From: a virus
Direction: 5' to 3' (one strand)
Virus record (IMG/VR): IMGVR_UViG_3300045988_173968
Length of the DNA: 64,000 nt
The translations under genes were made by a program, and so were the position numbers. Below the pieces are notes generated by a model that did no database searches, was not told the DNA's origin, and was given only the letters and a program-made list of their open reading frames with translations. Shown here piece by piece: positions 56,142-63,830 of the stretch (position 1 is its first letter; the number at the start of each line of letters is the position of its first letter).

Positions 56142-57719
56142 ATGAATTATCTTGGCTATACCCCTCTATCTGTTCCAACTTCTCCGGCGCTGAATTCTGA
56201 GTTCAGTGACATAAGGTCTGTTGAATACTCTTTGGCAGCTCATGATGCTATTGCGCAGATCAGCATTAGCATTAGTGGCTCTGATCTTGATGCACAAACT
56301 GTCCAAGTTAAAAAGAAGGGAATAGCGTATCATCCCGATAGCATCCTGTTCCCCATCGAGTATCCCGGGCTCGCGCATGCCATTCTATTTGAATCCTCGT
56401 TCATTCAATATCAAGAAAGCATTTTTGAGCCATATAATGAACGCATATCGTATAATCCTTCTCAGATTGAGTATGTTGCTTTAGACAGTGACTCCAATGC
56501 AAAAGTCAAATTCTACGCAGACAGGATAAGATACTTTGCTGGTACAAATAAAGGTGTTTATATCCTCGTTGATCGAGAACCTACCTTTGAAGAGTATATG
56601 GCTTCTATTAACGCCAAAGTAAGAATGCCTTGCTACAAAATCGAGCTTTTAAGGTGGGACGAATCTGTAATTACAAGCATCGAGCAGTATGTGGTGAATA
56701 ACAGCGGCTCAGTAGATATCACGAATGAAGAAGGTGTGCGAAGAACCTGCAGCTTTAAGTTGCACAATGTAGGTAACTTTGCCTTGGATGTAGCAAAAGC
56801 GCTGACGATTTGCAGTAAGTTCAGAGTGTCTCTTGGTGAATATATTGATGGTCTGCCGATTTACTTTACCAATGGTGTGTTTTTGTTTAATGACCCGTCC
56901 ATTGTTGGCGGATTGTCCCAGCGTGAGATCAGTGTTTCTGGCACCGATAAGTGGGCTATGTTGAATGGTCAATGTGGCGGTATTATTGAAGGAACCTATA
57001 TTGTCAAGGCTGGTTCTACGGTTGGTGATGCCATACGAAGAACGCTTAATCTTGATATTGTTAATGACCCCATTGAGCCTAATATTGATCCTCAACTTGA
57101 AAACGAAGTCGTGACATATGACATCTCGAAATCCGCTGGCAGTACGGTAGCCGATATCTTCCTTGATATCGCGCTCAATGTGAACGCCACCTGCTATTAT
57201 GATGCGAATGGACGATTTACGCTTCGCAAGATAGAAGACAGCCGGTTCCTTTGCGTAGCGCATTCTTTTGACGCTTCCGATTTCAATTATCAATCTTCAA
57301 CTAAGAAGCTTGCCTATAGCGGCATCTACAATTCTGTTCTGGTAATTGGTGAAAATATTAAGGACACCAAGACAGAAATCCGTTTTGAGTTGAAAAATGA
57401 AGATCCGTCTGATCCGCATTCCATTCAGAATTCTGGTGTTAAAAAGGTTTACAAGGTTAATGACTATTTGAACGGTATTGATACCGAGCAGAAAGCCATT
57501 GAGCGAGCGTATTACGAACTGGATCTCATTAGGAAGAACTATTCGTCCATAAACATAAACTGCGCTACACTACTTCATTTGAATGAGAACGATGTAATTG
57601 TTCTCGAAGACCCGACTGTTGGTGAGAATGCCACGGCGAGATATATCATTAACTCCATATCTCGTCCTATTGGGACAGACATTGGCTCAACGATGAGCGT
57701 ATCGAGGATCTATATGTGA
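56142..57719 (+). CDS. tail-tip or baseplate protein (525 aa; Tal-like by size and position)
   Basis: ORF with GGGGTGAG RBS. Confidence 0.5.
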   Translation: MNYLGYTPLSVPTSPALNSEFSDIRSVEYSLAAHDAIAQISISISGSDLDAQTVQVKKKGIAYHPDSILFPIEYPGLAHAILFESSFIQYQESIFEPYNERISYNPSQIEYVALDSDSNAKVKFYADRIRYFAGTNKGVYILVDREPTFEEYMASINAKVRMPCYKIELLRWDESVITSIEQYVVNNSGSVDITNEEGVRRTCSFKLHNVGNFALDVAKALTICSKFRVSLGEYIDGLPIYFTNGVFLFNDPSIVGGLSQREISVSGTDKWAMLNGQCGGIIEGTYIVKAGSTVGDAIRRTLNLDIVNDPIEPNIDPQLENEVVTYDISKSAGSTVADIFLDIALNVNATCYYDANGRFTLRKIEDSRFLCVAHSFDASDFNYQSSTKKLAYSGIYNSVLVIGENIKDTKTEIRFELKNEDPSDPHSIQNSGVKKVYKVNDYLNGIDTEQKAIERAYYELDLIRKNYSSININCATLLHLNENDVIVLEDPTVGENATARYIINSISRPIGTDIGSTMSVSRIYM

Positions 57720-57729
57720 GGTGATAGAC

Positions 57730-58014
57730 ATGACAAAGGATAATTTGGAACGCCTTACTTCCCTTCTCGATGCTAATGCCGAAAGAACCGTTAAAGATCT
57801 TCTTGAGTCTCTCGGTGTAATTGTTCGGAAACGTGGAGTAGTGGCTGAGATCGATTCGGGCAAAAACATGGCAAGCGTTTATTTCGATGGAACTTCGGAG
57901 AAGAGCTGTATGTATGCAAATCGTACTGGGGAAAGTCTGAGCGTCGGTGATATTGTGTATATCTTTTGCCAATATAATAAGGACGCTCAAGGTTAGATAA
58001 TTGTAAAGGGGTGA
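57730..58014 (+). CDS. small tail-module protein. The standard-code end is the TAG at 57996; if TAG is sense, it ends at the TGA at 58014.
   Basis: ATG after GAGGTGA. A TGA lies 5 codons after the TAG. Confidence 0.45.
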
Positions 58015-58018
58015 TAAT

Positions 58019-58816
58019 ATGGCTTCAAGCATTGTTTCAAAATTAAATTTGCCCAATGCTCCTGGTGGGCAAAATAAGAACAACCTCGTTTCAGAATATG
58101 ACGAGTATGTTAAGCTTTATAAAAACTGGAACCGTACTACTACAGGGCAGTGGACTATTGGGCCTCTTGCCTCCAGTGGTAACACATATACCACCAAGGA
58201 TTATCCGGAGGATGCCGATGTTTATAATCGCGGGCAGGAAGGAATGATTTCTCTCCTGTACAAATATGTGTTGAAGAATTATCTCATAGACGCTGATGCT
58301 CTCAAAGAGCTTTCCAGCGCCACAAATTCCGCCGTAGAAACAGCGGAAGATGCGGCATCCTCTGTTCGAGATGTTCTTTCTTCCATTGGGGCGATGGGTA
58401 TTGTCTATGATGTTTTGGTGGAAAATGCGAGTGGTACATACACTGTTACAAGTGGCTTGCCTGCCACTCTGCCCGCACGCATCTTTGACATACGATTTAT
58501 TGCTCCCGCAAATAGCATTGCAGGGAATTCGCTTAAACTCGTGACCGAAGGAAGTGTTATCTCTATTAAGATGATTAACGGGAAGGCTGTCCCAGCAAAC
58601 ATTTGGGCGAAAGGTTCAGTTGTGCAGTTGTCTATCAACAACACTGGCACTACACCTACTGCCACTCTTTCTGGCGGTGGTGGTTCTTCTGGGCACTTGG
58701 TGTCGGCTACTGCCCCTGATGATACTTCTGTGCTGTGGATTGATAGTGCAAATGGCTATTTTGCAAAGATTTGGGACGGTTCTAAATGGGTTGGCATAAG
58801 TGCCGCATGGGGTTAA
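58019..58816 (+). CDS. tail fibre or receptor-binding candidate ending LWIDSANGYFAKIWDGSKWVGI
   Basis: ORF with AAAGGGGTGA RBS. Shares the C-terminal motif of genes 41275..41805 and 41818..42312. Confidence 0.55.
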   Translation: MASSIVSKLNLPNAPGGQNKNNLVSEYDEYVKLYKNWNRTTTGQWTIGPLASSGNTYTTKDYPEDADVYNRGQEGMISLLYKYVLKNYLIDADALKELSSATNSAVETAEDAASSVRDVLSSIGAMGIVYDVLVENASGTYTVTSGLPATLPARIFDIRFIAPANSIAGNSLKLVTEGSVISIKMINGKAVPANIWAKGSVVQLSINNTGTTPTATLSGGGGSSGHLVSATAPDDTSVLWIDSANGYFAKIWDGSKWVGISAAWG

Positions 58817-58826
58817 GGAGGTCTAT

Positions 58827-59318
58827 ATGGATATCGCAAAGAAAGCATGGACAACTGACGGCTATCTCGGCCACCAGGAACAAATGCGGAACATCCCATA
58901 CGGTAAATATACGATAGGTGAAAAGGGCTGCGGATTTATCGCAGCCTTTAATGCATTAAAGGCGAGTGGGAATCCGCAAGATATTGATTCTGTATACAAT
59001 TGGTTTAACAAAACTCTATTTGCGGGAGCGCGGTGGGGTACAAACATATTCCAAATGGTCGCATTTTTAATTAAGCACAAAGCGTTTAAGGGGTTTAAGC
59101 TTACAAAGAAAGGCTATTCAGATTTAAATGTTGGCATTCTTCTTTATAATGTCGGCGGTTAGTACCATTGGGTGGCTTACTACAAGTACCCTAACTCTGT
59201 TGACAAATTCCGTTTCTTAAATGCAGGGTTCTGCTATAGCAATCGCAGATATAGTATTGATAAATTCGTTTCGGAAGAATGCAAAGGATGGCTTCGTTAT
59301 GTAATAAAGGTTGCGTGA
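58827..59318 (+). CDS. papain-fold cysteine peptidase (C39-like) with an in-frame TAG at 59160
   Basis: ATG after TAAGGAGG. GEKGCGFIAAFNALKASG (Cys) and GG-TAG-YHWVAYYK (His). The frame continues to the TGA at 59318. Confidence 0.55.
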
Positions 59319-59324
59319 TTTTAA

Positions 59325-59576
59325 ATGAAATTCTCAAAGAAAATTGTTATTTTCTGCATTTCAACTGTGATCATCTATACAATTGCTGTCCTTGTGCTGA
59401 TGTTTTCAACTGGCTGTAGCGAACCGACCACTTTAACGGAAAATGTATTTACCTATTTCGGGATTGAGGCGTTTGCTTTGGCACTGATTAAGGTGGCCGA
59501 TACGGTAAAGGAAGCAACTGATAAATTTGAGCATTCAAAGAAAAAACACAAGAGAGAAGAAAAAGGAGATGATTAA
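59325..59576 (+). CDS. holin candidate or membrane lipoprotein
   Basis: Two hydrophobic segments, a possible lipobox FSTGC, and a highly charged C-terminus KKKHKREEKGDD. Confidence 0.5.
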   Translation: MKFSKKIVIFCISTVIIYTIAVLVLMFSTGCSEPTTLTENVFTYFGIEAFALALIKVADTVKEATDKFEHSKKKHKREEKGDD

Positions 59577-60800
59577 GTGTCGAATTTTGTTTTGCCACAG
59601 AACTCACAGCTTCTGTTCTACCCTATGAAGCAGTGTACAATTTCTGCTGGCTTTAAGGCGAAGAAGTATAAAGATCATTACGGTTATAATCACTATGGAG
59701 TTGATTTTGACTCCCTTGGTGATACAGACTTTGATGTGCTTGCTGGTGCCACAGGGGAAGTCCTTGGTGTTGAAATGAATAATGGTTCCGCTGGTGGCAT
59801 TGTTGTTATCAAGTATGTCAATATCTATGTGCCGTCGAAGAAGAAGACGATGGATCTGATTGCAAGATATGCCCACATGATTACCCTCTATGTGAAGAAG
59901 GGCGACCGTGTGGCTGCTTACACTCCTATCGGAAAGGTAAGCGGCAATCATAAGTGGTACAATCACATTCACATGGAAGTTGATACCGATACAAAGTATC
60001 CATTCTATACTGTAGGGTTTAAGGAGTCTGCGAGCCGGTTGCTCATTGCGTCCGGTGCTACGGACAAGACCCTTCTTGATCCGTTAGATGTGCTTGTAGT
60101 TGGTAACGAACAGACGGCAATTCTCCATCCCCTCGCTACCCTTGTCGGGCCAAATGATGTCCCCAAATATTTTGAAAAAGAGTTTAAGAAAGAGCTGCCC
60201 TGCGGCAGCTCTTCTTCGTATCAGACTCTTATCCAACCTATTAACAACATGAAAATCACATCTGGCTATATGAACACAAAGTACCGTTATGTATTCCGTT
60301 GCACCCATTATGGGCACGATGCGATTTCTATTAAGGGCGACAGAACGATTTATGCGTCTGGTGACGGTAAGGTTATTCGCTGTGGCATGGATTCTATCTG
60401 CGGCAACATCGTTGCCATTAAGTACGAAAAGTGCCTGAATGAGAATACTGGCAAACCGCAGGATGTAATCATTCGCTATTTCCATTTGGCGTCGATTGCG
60501 GTTAAAGAGGGACAGGCTGTTACCAAAGATACAAAGATTGGCGTAATGGGCAAGACTGGCGTTTTGAGCACCGGAGTTCATCTGCATTATGAGATTGATA
60601 CCGATGCCAGAGAACAGTATGCGTGCTATACGCCCACTATCGGTCGCAATGGTACCATTCTTAAAACCGGTACTGCTTCTACCGTTAACCCTGCCGTGTT
60701 CATTCATACTAAGGTTTCCCCGCCTGACTATCAAAGTGTACAGATTGTCACCGATGGCTTTGCGACATCGGAAGACAAAGATATGAAAGTGATTAAATAA
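59577..60800 (+). CDS. endolysin with two M23 (LytM-type) metallopeptidase domains
   Basis: HYGVDF...HIHMEV and HYGHDA...GVHLHYEI (HxxxD and HxH motifs, each present twice). Confidence 0.8.
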   Translation: MSNFVLPQNSQLLFYPMKQCTISAGFKAKKYKDHYGYNHYGVDFDSLGDTDFDVLAGATGEVLGVEMNNGSAGGIVVIKYVNIYVPSKKKTMDLIARYAHMITLYVKKGDRVAAYTPIGKVSGNHKWYNHIHMEVDTDTKYPFYTVGFKESASRLLIASGATDKTLLDPLDVLVVGNEQTAILHPLATLVGPNDVPKYFEKEFKKELPCGSSSSYQTLIQPINNMKITSGYMNTKYRYVFRCTHYGHDAISIKGDRTIYASGDGKVIRCGMDSICGNIVAIKYEKCLNENTGKPQDVIIRYFHLASIAVKEGQAVTKDTKIGVMGKTGVLSTGVHLHYEIDTDAREQYACYTPTIGRNGTILKTGTASTVNPAVFIHTKVSPPDYQSVQIVTDGFATSEDKDMKVIK

Positions 60801-60814
60801 TTGGAGGTATTATT

Positions 60815-61225
60815 ATGGAGACTACTTGGATTACTCTTTTAAAAGAAATCATGCAGACTGTTGTTGTCCCGCTCATGGGCATCCTAACCGTATTCCTTAT
60901 CAAGGTTATACGAGAAAAGATGGACGCTGCCGCTAAGAACACGAAGAACGAAACTCTCGCAAAGTACATCCTCATGCTTAAGGAGACCGTCGTAGATTGC
61001 GTAGAAGCCACTAACCAAACTTTCGTTGATGCGATTAAGGCTAGCGGCGAATTCACTCCAGAGGCGCAAAAAGCCGCCTTTGAGAAGACTTTGCACGCTG
61101 TGACTGATATCCTCTCTGAGGATGCAAAGGAGTATCTGTCTGAAGCCTTTGGCGACCTGGAGGGATATATTACTGCTCTTATCGAGGCTACTGTTAAGCG
61201 TGTAAAGAACGGTTCTGTTGCGTGA
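60815..61225 (+). CDS. holin-like protein (LL-H-type architecture)
   Basis: N-terminal TM helix VVVPLMGILTVFLI followed by an amphipathic domain. Adjacent to the endolysin gene. Confidence 0.55.
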   Translation: METTWITLLKEIMQTVVVPLMGILTVFLIKVIREKMDAAAKNTKNETLAKYILMLKETVVDCVEATNQTFVDAIKASGEFTPEAQKAAFEKTLHAVTDILSEDAKEYLSEAFGDLEGYITALIEATVKRVKNGSVA

Positions 61226-61234
61226 TATAGTAAT

Positions 61235-61263
61235 TTGACTTATCTTTGTGGATGCGGTATAAT
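61235..61263 (+). promoter_or_regulatory. sigma-70-type promoter of the toxSAS-PanA operon
   Basis: TTGACT, 17-nt spacer, TATAAT. Confidence 0.6.
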
Positions 61264-61280
61264 CGGCAAGAGGTGCATAT

Positions 61281-61913
61281 ATGGAAAATTGTCTTGGAGC
61301 GCTTAAAGTCCTTATTGACCATATTGATGATTCATATGTTTCGGTGACTGATGAATGGAAGCGCCAAACTGGAGGTGCTCCAGTAAATCTCAAAAGAACT
61401 ATGGTCTCTTGCATTAGTGTTGATAGTCCAATTTATAATTCTGTTATTGAATATGCTGGAATGCTGAATGATCAATGCAAGGACATTGCGTTGCAGTTGG
61501 CGCTTGTTTGTTCGTGTGAAGTTACCACAAGAGTCAAAACCCAGAATTCAATAGAGTTTAAAATCCAAAACTACAAAACAGAAGCCCACGAATTTGGGAA
61601 AGTGCAAATAAACAGATGCATCAATGATTTGTTTGGAGTAAGAATCTTCTTAAAGCCACCGATGGATTTTGATGACATTTTTAGCTTCATAAGAGAGACC
61701 TATGGCGATAAATACCGTATTCTTGACTCGTCGAAACAAGACTACAGGGCGATTCATCTTTACTTTAAAAAAGACAATTATTCTTTTCCTTGGGAGTTAC
61801 AGATTTGGAACGAGTGTGACTCGGAAAGCAACTTAATATCTCACAAGAAATATAAACAAGAATATACTGCATGGGAGAAGAAGAATAAGAAAGGAGGAAC
61901 ATTGGATGATTAG
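61281..61913 (+). CDS. RelA/SpoT-homolog small alarmone synthetase-type toxin (toxSAS)
   Basis: Synthetase-fold motifs RVKTQNSIEFK, NDLFGVRIFL, DYRAIHLYF, PWELQIWN, HKKYK. Stop codon is TAG. Overlaps the next gene by 8 nt. Confidence 0.7.
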   Translation: MENCLGALKVLIDHIDDSYVSVTDEWKRQTGGAPVNLKRTMVSCISVDSPIYNSVIEYAGMLNDQCKDIALQLALVCSCEVTTRVKTQNSIEFKIQNYKTEAHEFGKVQINRCINDLFGVRIFLKPPMDFDDIFSFIRETYGDKYRILDSSKQDYRAIHLYFKKDNYSFPWELQIWNECDSESNLISHKKYKQEYTAWEKKNKKGGTLDD

Positions 61914-62667
61914 GCATTACATTATAATGAGCAGTTCTTATACTGAAGGAACTCGCATCGCGCTGGATATTGTAGAGGAAAGTAAGCTTAATAAAGAATC
62001 AATCGCTGGTATCTTAAAAGAGATTAAAGAAACCTGCGGGAAAGATGTCCCTCTTTCTACACACCTTATTTGCACTAGCTCTAAAGACTGGAGTTCTGTT
62101 CAGCGATATGACCCTTTCTTTGAGGATGTTAAACGTATTCCAACTGTGTCTGCTTTTGCTGAGACAATCAAAAAAAGTCGTACTCTGACAGGACTTGATG
62201 TTGCAGTATACATTCTCTCAAGGATTAAATGCACTCACTTGTCCTTGGAAAAGCTGGTCTATTTTTCATACGCTGATTATCTATGTGAAACTGGGAAACG
62301 GTTGTTTGAAGATCAAATTTACGCTTTTGAGCATGGCCCAATAGTAGATAGCGTATATGAAGCCTATAAACGAAGCGGAAGCAAGCGCATAGATCCTCCA
62401 ACGATTGAAACAGACAGACCAGTTACCAGCACAGCCGAAGAGATGCCATCGAAAAGCAGAATACTTTTCGCAGTTGATGGATTAGAGAAACTGCGGTCGA
62501 TTGAGCAAACCATTAACAGATATGGCAACTATGCTCCTTGGCAGCTCGTTTCTATAACTCACAGAGAGGGTTCCCCATGGTCGTATGTAGATAGCTCAAA
62601 AGAGTATCAGCCTATTCCGGATAGGCTGATACTTAAGCATCACCATGTTGAAACCGAAGATATTTAA
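61906..62667 (+). CDS. panA: Panacea (DUF4065)-domain antitoxin
   Basis: ATG 9 nt after GGAGG. LEKLVYFSYADYLCETGKRLFEDQIYAFEHGPIVDSVYEAYK and ITHREGSPW match the Panacea/SocA-like domain pattern. Confidence 0.7.
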   Translation: MIRHYIIMSSSYTEGTRIALDIVEESKLNKESIAGILKEIKETCGKDVPLSTHLICTSSKDWSSVQRYDPFFEDVKRIPTVSAFAETIKKSRTLTGLDVAVYILSRIKCTHLSLEKLVYFSYADYLCETGKRLFEDQIYAFEHGPIVDSVYEAYKRSGSKRIDPPTIETDRPVTSTAEEMPSKSRILFAVDGLEKLRSIEQTINRYGNYAPWQLVSITHREGSPWSYVDSSKEYQPIPDRLILKHHHVETEDI

Positions 62668-62670
62668 AAT

Positions 62671-62713
62671 TAGGGAACTTGCTTATCCTATATGCTATAA
62701 ACAAGTTCCCTAT
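62671..62713 (+). terminator. hairpin after panA
   Basis: AGGGAACUUG...CAAGUUCCCU. Weak U tract. Confidence 0.4.
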
Positions 62714-62808
62714 TAAGTGCCCTGCCACTTCAAGCGCAGATCATCTATGAAAACAGCTGTCACAGGGTAAAATGTGACAGCTGTTGTTCAAAAAGTTTAC
62801 CTTATCTA

Positions 62809-62837
62809 TTGCATTAGAGTTTAATATCTGCTACAAT
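62809..62837 (+). promoter_or_regulatory. sigma-70-type promoter of a short terminated transcript
   Basis: TTGCAT, 17-nt spacer, TACAAT. Confidence 0.5.
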
Positions 62838-62908
62838 TAAAGCGTGGAAACCGAGACGGTTGCCACAGATACAATGTTCCTTGTTAGAGAGTTAATCTCT
62901 CAACTTAA

Positions 62909-62943
62909 GTGAACCGTCTCTGCAACAGACGGTTCACTTTGTT
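62909..62943 (+). terminator. rho-independent terminator
   Basis: GUGAACCGUCU-loop-AGACGGUUCAC followed by UUUGUU. Confidence 0.75.
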
Positions 62944-62979
62944 CATGAAAAATTTCCAAATATTTTTATCAAATTTTTA

Positions 62980-63008
62980 TTGACATTATTATTGACTGAG
63001 CATACAAT
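62980..63008 (+). promoter_or_regulatory. sigma-70-type promoter of the ToxIN-like operon
   Basis: TTGACA, 17-nt spacer, TACAAT. Confidence 0.65.
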
Positions 63009-63011
63009 AAT

Positions 63012-63110
63012 AATAGAGGTTGCGAAGCCTACCAAAATCGCTTTAATAGAGGTTGCGAAGCCTACCAAAATCGCTTTAATAGAGGTTGCGAAGCCTACCA
63101 AAATCGCTTT
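63012..63110 (+). ncRNA. toxI: ToxI-like antitoxin RNA: three tandem 33-nt repeats (AATAGAGGTTGCGAAGCCTACCAAAATCGCTTT)
   Basis: Three exact tandem copies between the promoter and an internal terminator, directly upstream of the ToxN/AbiQ-like gene. Each repeat contains AAAAU. Confidence 0.75.
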
Positions 63111-63112
63111 AA

Positions 63113-63145
63113 TGGTCACTTCTAGATGATGTGACCATTATTTTT
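63113..63145 (+). terminator. intra-operon terminator between the repeats and the toxin gene
   Basis: UGGUCAC-loop-GUGACCA followed by UUAUUUUU. Confidence 0.7.
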
Positions 63146-63156
63146 AGGAGATTGCA

Positions 63157-63666
63157 ATGCAAAATTGGGTAGTTGTTGACGAAAAATATCTTAATTATCT
63201 TCGAGATATTGAGCCAAAGATTCCGTACTCTGACTATGGTGAAAACAAATTTAAGCCATTTTTTGGGGAGTTGTTTGAGATTGGGGATTTGGTTTACATA
63301 ACTCAAGTCTCACACCCCAAAGAACGGCACCATACTATGAATAATGCCGTTGACTTTATAAAACTATATGACGAAACCAGTCTTCTTGCAGTCGTAAACC
63401 TTAATTATATGTTCCCCGTTCCGAAACATACTTTAAACAAACTTGAATATGACAGTATTTCCAATCTGCGTCATTTTCAATCCTTGGACGAAAAGAATAA
63501 ATATATAGCTCTTCTAAAAAGAGAACTACGAGAAATTAACAAAATAGATATAGAGAATAAATCGAAAAAAGTTTATGGAATAAAGAAATCTTTCCCCGAT
63601 AGTATTTTGGCAAAAAGGTGTTTGGATTTTGAAGCACTTGAAAAAGCTGCCATGAACTACGAATGA
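63157..63666 (+). CDS. toxN: ToxN/AbiQ-family type III toxin endoribonuclease
   Basis: The N-terminus VVVDEKYLNYLRDIEPKIPYSDY...KPFFG...YITQVSHPKERH resembles the ToxN/AbiQ N-terminus. 169 aa. AGGAG RBS. Confidence 0.7.
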   Translation: MQNWVVVDEKYLNYLRDIEPKIPYSDYGENKFKPFFGELFEIGDLVYITQVSHPKERHHTMNNAVDFIKLYDETSLLAVVNLNYMFPVPKHTLNKLEYDSISNLRHFQSLDEKNKYIALLKRELREINKIDIENKSKKVYGIKKSFPDSILAKRCLDFEALEKAAMNYE

Positions 63667-63671
63667 TCTTA

Positions 63672-63698
63672 CCCCGCCTCATCGGCGGGGTAATTTTT
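63672..63698 (+). terminator. rho-independent terminator
   Basis: CCCCGCC-UCAUC-GGCGGGG followed by UAAUUUUU. Confidence 0.75.
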
Positions 63699-63830
63699 AC
63701 TCAGTATGTAAGCCCTTATATAATCTCGCAATAATCTTGTGAGGCTATATAAGGGTTTAAATCTTTTATATTGGGGCTCAGTTATGGATATCTAAAAAGT
63801 TGTCAAACTGGTGTCAAAAGGCGTTTTCAA

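Noticed and set aside
11829-59318. The in-frame TAGs as pseudogenisation or sequencing errors
   Set aside because: Eleven interruptions in nine essential or conserved genes are all TAG, never TAA, TGA or frameshifts. The reading frame and conserved motifs resume immediately after each one. Genuine gene ends use TAA or TGA.
63012-63110. Possible CRISPR array
   Set aside because: The 33-nt units are directly abutting identical repeats with no spacers. They sit between a promoter and a ToxN-like gene, so this is a type III antitoxin RNA array, not a CRISPR.
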